A DNA stretch of 64,000 bases, from positions 1-64,000 of IMG/VR virus record IMGVR_UViG_3300025921_000002, one strand, 5' to 3'. The notes beneath the pieces are model-generated. The model made no database searches and was not told where the DNA came from. It saw only the letters and a list, made by a program, of their open reading frames with translations. The translations under genes and the position numbers were made by a program. Of this stretch, positions 57,586 to 64,000 are shown in pieces (positions within the stretch are counted from its first letter, which is position 1; every line of letters starts with the position of its first letter). The stretch comes from a virus.

Positions 57586-58886
57586 TGTTTTTTATTCTTA
57601 ATATCTCTTATTACAAATGTGTCGGTATTGTCTTTTATATTTTCACCCTGAATTTTAAACATCTTAATCTCTTTGCCATGAGCAAAAATACTATCACTGA
57701 CGATACCATATAGAGACTCATCTGAAATATCAAAACCAGTCCCTTCCAATGCCTGCTTGTCAATGTTAAATTTCTTTTTCATAAAGAGCATTGATTCAGG
57801 TTATGTGGTTCTTCGCAAGATACTACCAAGTATCTTAGGTCATCTTCTTGACCAATTTTTTGAACATATAACCCTCGATTACGCAACTCATCAAAAAGCA
57901 ATTCATTCCTTTCACTCACAGAACCTGCTGGAAATTGCGTTCTTTTAATGACACTCATCTTTTTTGACTGATTAATAACATTGTGATATGCAGATGGATT
58001 TTTATATTGCTCACGTTCCTCAAAAGGAGTGTTTGCCCAAAGCGGCCTATCTTTATTTTCCATGTTATTTAAAATAGTGATGAGCCAATTCCGTTCCTTT
58101 TATAATTATAAGCATAATTGCTCCGATAATCATAACAACATCAACACATTTCCGAGCGTGTTCTATCGTTCCAAACTTTTCCATAACTTACAAATTTTTT
58201 AGTGCAATGGCTATTATAAATAGCGACCAACAAATAATGTAAAACCATTTGTTATAAAATAACTTGTTCATCTTTTTATCCTTAAAATTATGTTAATTAA
58301 AATTCCGAATAACAGTAACTCTATCATAGCTTAAAATAACTTTAGCATTTTGGCAATAATAATTGCGGCTACCTGCGAAAAAGAACCAATGCAAAACCAA
58401 ATGGCTCTTATCTTATTCTCCCTTTGCATAAAAAGTAAACCTTGTACCAAAAACAGTAACATGCAAATCATGCATTGCGCCAACAGGTGTTTCAGGTGTC
58501 GGCTCTACAAACGATGGCACTTTTCCAAAGTTTTTTGACAAATACAACTCAAGTTGCATCCTGAACTTTTGATTGTTATCGAATTTTACGTTTCTTATCC
58601 CAAGATTTTTCAAAGCCCTGCATAATTCTTGCAGATACAACTCAAAATGCTTTGGTTCTAAATCCAAATCGTTTGCCGTGGTGGTTTTTTCTTCTTCCAT
58701 TTTAATCATTGATTTAAAAAAGTCTTTAGGAGTAGATAATTTATCCAATCCAAAAGATTTCATATCTTGTACAGTGTAATGGGTAGTAAATATATTTCCA
58801 CACCTATCTATAATCACACTTCCCCCATTTTTATTGGAATAAACGTCTCTTATGTCAAGATGAGAAGTTATTTTAGCTTTTTCCAT
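57582..58886 (-). other. Minus-strand island of small genes (57582-~57782, 57779-58063, several <60 aa, 58413-58886)
   Basis: Chained ORFs starting from TATCTTTG-4 nt-ATG at 58886. Confidence 0.6.
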
Positions 58887-58963
58887 ACACCAAAGATAAA
58901 AACAATTATTGAATTAAACAAGTGTTTTTCAAAGTATTTGGAGAATTGTTTTATATTTACAAC

Positions 58964-59260
58964 ATGACATCCGAACATTTAGAAATGCTTGCCAGTCAAA
59001 TCATGTTTTGGGGCATAACTGTTTTCTCCTGTATGATATGGTGGGAATTTTATAAGTCAAGGGATGGCAGGATGAGGGTGCTTGTCCTCTATCTATTCGG
59101 AAGTAAAACGTTTATTTACGGGGGTGCGGGACTCTTTTTTCTCCTTTATGATTTCGGCTATTTCCGTGACTTCCCTCAACTCTATCTTAGGCTTATTTTA
59201 AACGCCCCCATGATAGTTATTATGGTAGAATGGTACAGATATATCAAGTATAAAAAATAA
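58964..59260 (+). CDS. Three-TM membrane protein (probable start 58964)
   Basis: TATATTTA-4 nt-ATG; hydrophobic helices. Confidence 0.7.
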   Translation: MTSEHLEMLASQIMFWGITVFSCMIWWEFYKSRDGRMRVLVLYLFGSKTFIYGGAGLFFLLYDFGYFRDFPQLYLRLILNAPMIVIMVEWYRYIKYKK

Positions 59261-59460
59261 TGGCTTATATCGCTTTATTTGGCTTTGGTTTTTTAATGGG
59301 ATTAATTGCTCCGCATCATAAACTATACATTAAAATAGCTGACTTATACCAAAAGGCCACTAAGAAATTTATAAAGGCTATGAGGCGACGCGGAAAAAAG
59401 ATTAACCGATTAATGGTTGAACGTAATGAATTAAAACAAAGACTTGGTGAGCCTGTTTAA
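59260..59460 (+). CDS. Single-TM basic coiled-coil protein
   Basis: Hydrophobic N-terminus and basic tail. Confidence 0.6.
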   Translation: MAYIALFGFGFLMGLIAPHHKLYIKIADLYQKATKKFIKAMRRRGKKINRLMVERNELKQRLGEPV

Positions 59461-59525
59461 TAATCAGCTTCCACACTTTCAAAAAATGGCATATCACTCG
59501 ACAAGATAATGAGGGTATGCCATTT

Positions 59526-62500
59526 TCATGGATGCTCGTTTGCTATTTTCATTAATCTGATTTCTTCACGCAGCCGCCCGTTTTCTTCTCTCAACTGGTT
59601 TTGCAAATCATCGTTATATTTCGTCAGACTATCAGGATAGTACGGGCAATTTTTATGATGTTTAATTTCTCCACCGTCATAATGCATACATCCCATTACG
59701 CATTTAGATTCGGCGGCTTGTTTGTTAGTGGGTGTCATGCTGTTGATTTTTTAAGCGTTGATCTATTTTTTCCATTACTGAATTATAGAGACTGTTACAT
59801 TGCTCCTCACTAAGTTTTTTATCCAGGATGAATTCGTCTATATTATTTCCGCCCGTGGTCAGTAAAGCGGCCTGAATAACCCGTAACTCATCATGCGTAA
59901 ATTTCATGTTTGCCATTATCATTCTCCTTCTTTGCTTATGGTGGGTGGTGATGGTAATGGACGCCAGTGGGTGACGTTGATTTTATGCCTGTCAATGGTT
60001 CTAAAACAAGGGTCGTCAAGCCCCCAATATAATTCAACGGGACGGCTAAATCCATTCTGCCATGTTAGATAATATGAGCTTGCTTCCGGCAGCCTATCTT
60101 CAACACTTGTCCACTCATTCTCCTTTCTCAACCTCTCATTCTCTTCAGCTAATTGTTGGGTGTGGAGGGATAGTTGTTGGGTGGCGTAAAACTCCATCGC
60201 TTCTAAAGCTTCCTTTTTGCTCACATCGCCGTTATCCCATTCAGCATCAAAAGAACCAGTAACGGCCTTTGTTAAATAATCCTCCGCGCTTTTACTCTCC
60301 GGTTTGGCGGGGATGGATTGTTCTGTCTTATTCATGGGTGAGTTTTTATCGTTCATAACCTTTTCAACCGCTTTTGCGGCTTTATTAAAAAGCTTTGCGC
60401 CAAATCGTTTTTTAACGACCTCGGTATTTTCGGCTATCCGTTTGTTAAGTGCCTTAAGCTGCTTGGCGGTTAGGCCGGCCGGGGCGTTATCTTCTTTTTT
60501 CATTTCAATGCTTGGTTAATGGCTGGAGTTATTTTATATGAATCTTGATATTCAAGCCTGTTTTTATATTCCAGTATTATAGATAAATTCAGCTCCTTGA
60601 ACTCTTTAAGAGCTTCTTTTGCCTGAAACTGTTCTGATTCTGTAGCTAATGAGTTTGTAATCAAGTCGGCCACTTTATTGTAACTAAGAACCAGTTTTGT
60701 TATGTGGTCATGTTCTGGCTGCCCTGTGCCGATTATGCCGCTTGGGTGTGCATCTTCCCAAAGAGATTTATAGCATTTCTCATCTTCATTTTTAGGTTCT
60801 ATGCAATAAACTGCATTCAACCATCCACAGGCTGTACCATGAAGATAATTGGGTACGCCGCAAACACATTTTTCATTATCTAAGTTTTCCATTTTTCTAT
60901 AAATTTAATAGTATATTTATTTGTTGTACCTGATATTCCAAATCTTCAAGCCGTTCTTCAATTGTCTTTTCCCCCTGCTTATCTTCTTTCGGCTCTGCGG
61001 GGGTGATGATGCGCCAGATATATCTATGCGTTCCTATTGGAGTTGCCTCTGATTCATCCTTTAAATCGCGCCATGTCCCAGCGAAAAGCCTTTGGAATAT
61101 CAGTTCAGCCTCTTTCGGTTCGTTGCCTTTATATGGCTGCATATCGGGCGTAAATACAAGGAAATGATTTCCGTATTCATCAGTGCCCATTTCGTTATTG
61201 GTAGTTATTTTGCTCATTATATACCCCTTTCTAATTGGTAAAGTAATTGACTTATTTCCGACGCGAAATTCATTTCCTTATTTGGAGCGGGGCCAGTTTC
61301 GCTATCTCTAATATCCTGCCGATCTTCCATATACTCCAAAAGCTCGATCAGTAAATCCTCCGCATTAACGCTATATGGCAATACCCTTTCGTATTTCCTG
61401 ACAGGTAGGATTTGCCAAATTTGCCTAATATCACAGCCTTTAAAATTTTGAGCGTCCTTATCGGTTCGCCATACATCCGTTATAACATCCTGATACTGCC
61501 ATACCAACTCCGCTTCCACCTCTCCGTCTAACATAAATTTATCCCCGTTGGGTAGATAGCAGTCGTGTGTTTGGACGGTGCGCTCGAATTGAGTCCATAA
61601 GGCATGGTCTTGTTTCATTCGACGTATTTCAGCCTGCTCTTGCTCGTCAGCCATTATAGCTGCGTCTCCGCGTGTCCAGTCCGATCTTGGCTCTTTGTCC
61701 CCGTAAGGATTTTTTAGTCGCCCTTTGCCGTTATTGGTTTGAATTTTCATGGTTAACTTTTTTATAGCTGCGATATGGTAAAAAGTTGTGCTGATATAGG
61801 TATTTAAAGAAATTCGTCGGAACATTGTAGCCCTCTTTTCTGTAGACTTTCCACGATGAATAACTTATGTGTATTATTACCCACCCAACAGGCATTATAA
61901 ATAACAGCACATAGCAGAAGTAGTTTAATGCCTTTCTCATAAGTAAAAGTATTTAAGATAGTTTGGGGTAATAAACAAATCTTCGCCTTTATTATCAGTC
62001 AGGCAGTTATTGTCCGGCGAATCGTACATTTCATTTTTGGTGAATAGCTCACCCTGTCCGATTATATTAATGGTTTCCCGGCATTCGATCCGGCTACCCT
62101 TTTTGATCATTATTTCTTTAAGTTCCATAGCTAATTATTTTGAGTCTGATTAACGAGTTTAGCCTTATTAAAGGCTTCTAAAGCCTCTGATAATATTTCG
62201 CCGACTATTTCTATATCTCCGCGATAAACGATGTAACAGCCGTCTTCTTTCGAGCCTCCAATGCTCAATCTATTGGTTATCGGGTCTATTGGTTCTTTGA
62301 CTATCTTAAATCTGAAACCATTTGGCGTGGTTAGTAAAATTGCTTTTTCCATTTTCTACTTAGTTTTCACCCACCCCAACTCAATTATCTCCTCCGGTGA
62401 CAGGGTGCGTGGTTCGCCGGAGTGGGTGAGGTAGGTTTTCATTATTTCCTGCTGTTAAGTGTTTACTGTTGGGGTGGGTGGGTTAACCAATTGCCTTTTC

Positions 62501-62915
62501 GCATTTTTTACAGCGTTGCTTTTCAGGCAGTAAAAAGAATGTTTTTACGTCAGGGTTCGCCCGGTTAATGGCATTACTCTCTGTCACTTCGAGGCCGCAA
62601 AAGGTTTGGTCTGCCATTGATATTCGTAAATGGTGCTTTTTCATGATCTTCTTTAAGTTATTATTCTATTGTAGAGCCATCTGATTCCTATATTTCTATT
62701 TGTTTAAGCCGTTTTATTATGCACTTTTCGCATGTTGCAACAGTATCAACTTCATGCCATCCGTTCCCTCTTATGCCCGGTTTAGCACCACATAAGGCAG
62801 CATTCCCCCAATATCCGGCAGTTCCTTTCGGCAACGGCTCAACAAAATGAACAACGCTGCCTTTATCTCTTTCAAAGCCGTTAAATGCTCTGCCTGATTT
62901 TATTGCTGTTTTCAT
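59526..62915 (-). other. Run of small hypothetical genes, including a DUF551-type C-terminus in 59919-60503
   Basis: Overlapping ORFs; WTSVEDRLPE...VTHWRPLPSPP. Confidence 0.7.
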
Positions 62916-63130
62916 AATCTATCTTTTTTTAAACCTGTTATTTGTTTAGTCCAGTAATTCTATTCCCATTTGGCGTTGTTGCCGTACCTAAGCAGACATT
63001 GCAGGTTTTTAAATCCTTAGCTTGCTTGCTCTTGGTTTGATACATATTACCGCATTTTTTACAGCGGCATCTTACCGTTTGGCTCATGGCGTTATTTGTT
63101 TAGTAGGGATGGGGATTGGTAGAGGTTACC

Positions 63131-64000
63131 TTATTGAAAAGGTTCGCAACTTTCCGCGCAATCTTCCTGTTCGTCTAAGTCAAAATCATATTCAGCACCA
63201 TCTGTTTTTAATGATTGATCGTCCCATCTATCAAATGGCTGTTTGCTTTCTTCAATCAATTCGTCTATGCTTTCACCTTGCCTAAAAAATCGGACTGGTG
63301 TTTTATCGGATCGCATCTTAGCGGGTTTAACCTGCTCATATTTGTTTTCCATGCCTCTATTCCATTCGGGCTGGCAATCGCCGTCCTGGAGTTGCGTTAA
63401 TAGCTTACGCTTAGATTTTTTATGGCATAGATTACAGTTTCCCTCATAGTCTTTTAATTGTAAGTCAAAAGATTGGTTAAGCCAAAATACAGCAACATCG
63501 GCTTTATTAATATTCCAATCCCAAAGTGGATACCACTGGTGCTTTTCTTTTGCCTTAATGAGATTGACTCTTTTTGGTTCGTCTTTTCTGTATCCAATAA
63601 CGGTGGTGTAATTCCTAAAATCGCCCCATCCAATCGATCTTGCATAGCTACGAATAGGATTAGTTTTTAACTCCCGCGTACAATGCTTGAATTTAGCATT
63701 AGGTATGCCATATTTCTTTATAACTTCTTCAAAAACCTCGCCTTTCCTTTTGGCTGTTTCAAAATTAACTACCCTGTGCGTAGATGATTTACGGCTCCCG
63801 TGATGCACAACGGCTTCAACCCATACAATCGGTAGTCCAAATATTGTTTCCAATTGATGAACAAAAACCAAAGTAGCTTCCTTCTCCCGACTGGTATTTG
63901 CAAAAACAAATATCATCTCATAAGCATCCTTAAACCTTTTCCATAGCATATATGCCATTAACGCCGAAGTTCTGCCGCCGCTTGTTGATATTAAAATCCG
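63131..64000 (-). CDS. PAPS-reductase-like (PP-loop) protein with a Cys cluster, 5'-truncated
   Basis: The frame is open to the edge: RILISTSGGRTSALM, FANT.RE, CTRELK..P, GYRKDE..R, GNC.LC..K and C.ESC. Confidence 0.85.
   Translation of the reverse strand, partial: RILISTSGGRTSALMAYMLWKRFKDAYEMIFVFANTSREKEATLVFVHQLETIFGLPIVWVEAVVHHGSRKSSTHRVVNFETAKRKGEVFEEVIKKYGIPNAKFKHCTRELKTNPIRSYARSIGWGDFRNYTTVIGYRKDEPKRVNLIKAKEKHQWYPLWDWNINKADVAVFWLNQSFDLQLKDYEGNCNLCHKKSKRKLLTQLQDGDCQPEWNRGMENKYEQVKPAKMRSDKTPVRFFRQGESIDELIEESKQPFDRWDDQSLKTDGAEYDFDLDEQEDCAESCEPFQ

Noticed and set aside
1995-63670. Many antisense ORFs in the track (e.g. 22453-22782, 43148-43489, 55638-56105)
   Set aside because: Shadows of well-supported genes, with no start context or motifs.

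Overview
This window is a ~64 kb segment of a tailed dsDNA phage, probably most of its genome. The host is very likely Bacteroidota: TAnnTTT(G/A) -7 promoter boxes recur throughout, translation starts are mostly A-rich without Shine-Dalgarno sequences, there is a Flavo-1-like RNA, and one signal peptide follows the Q-rule. Layout: recombination/replication-accessory genes (0.7-8.2 kb, +); small early genes (8.3-11.3 kb, -); a skewed non-coding zone with a G-quadruplex and iteron-like repeats before a RepL-like gene (11.7-13.3 kb); a glycosyltransferase/methyltransferase cluster (15-20 kb); a crAss-like podovirus morphogenesis module (terminase, portal, scaffold, capsid, ring proteins, split muzzle, ejection proteins; 20.8-46 kb); signal-peptide-bearing fibre-like proteins and a membrane/peptide cassette (48-59.5 kb); and a minus-strand block (59.5-64 kb) that probably joins the minus-strand gene at the left edge. 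I found no integrase, DNA polymerase, primase, helicase, RNA polymerase or endolysin. The most notable unexplained signals are: (1) the 1707-aa ejection gene hides two +1-frame lysine-rich genes and an A9 slippery site leading to a Trp-rich amphipathic -1-frame tail; (2) a covarying pseudoknot RNA precedes all three HNH endonuclease genes; (3) a double-glycine, six-cysteine peptide is coupled to a 4-TM protein and holin-like genes, next to Sec-exported fibre-like proteins; (4) an antisense sRNA/structured-RNA switch lies at 4.85-5.3 kb. Family assignments come from motif recognition only; no searches were run.
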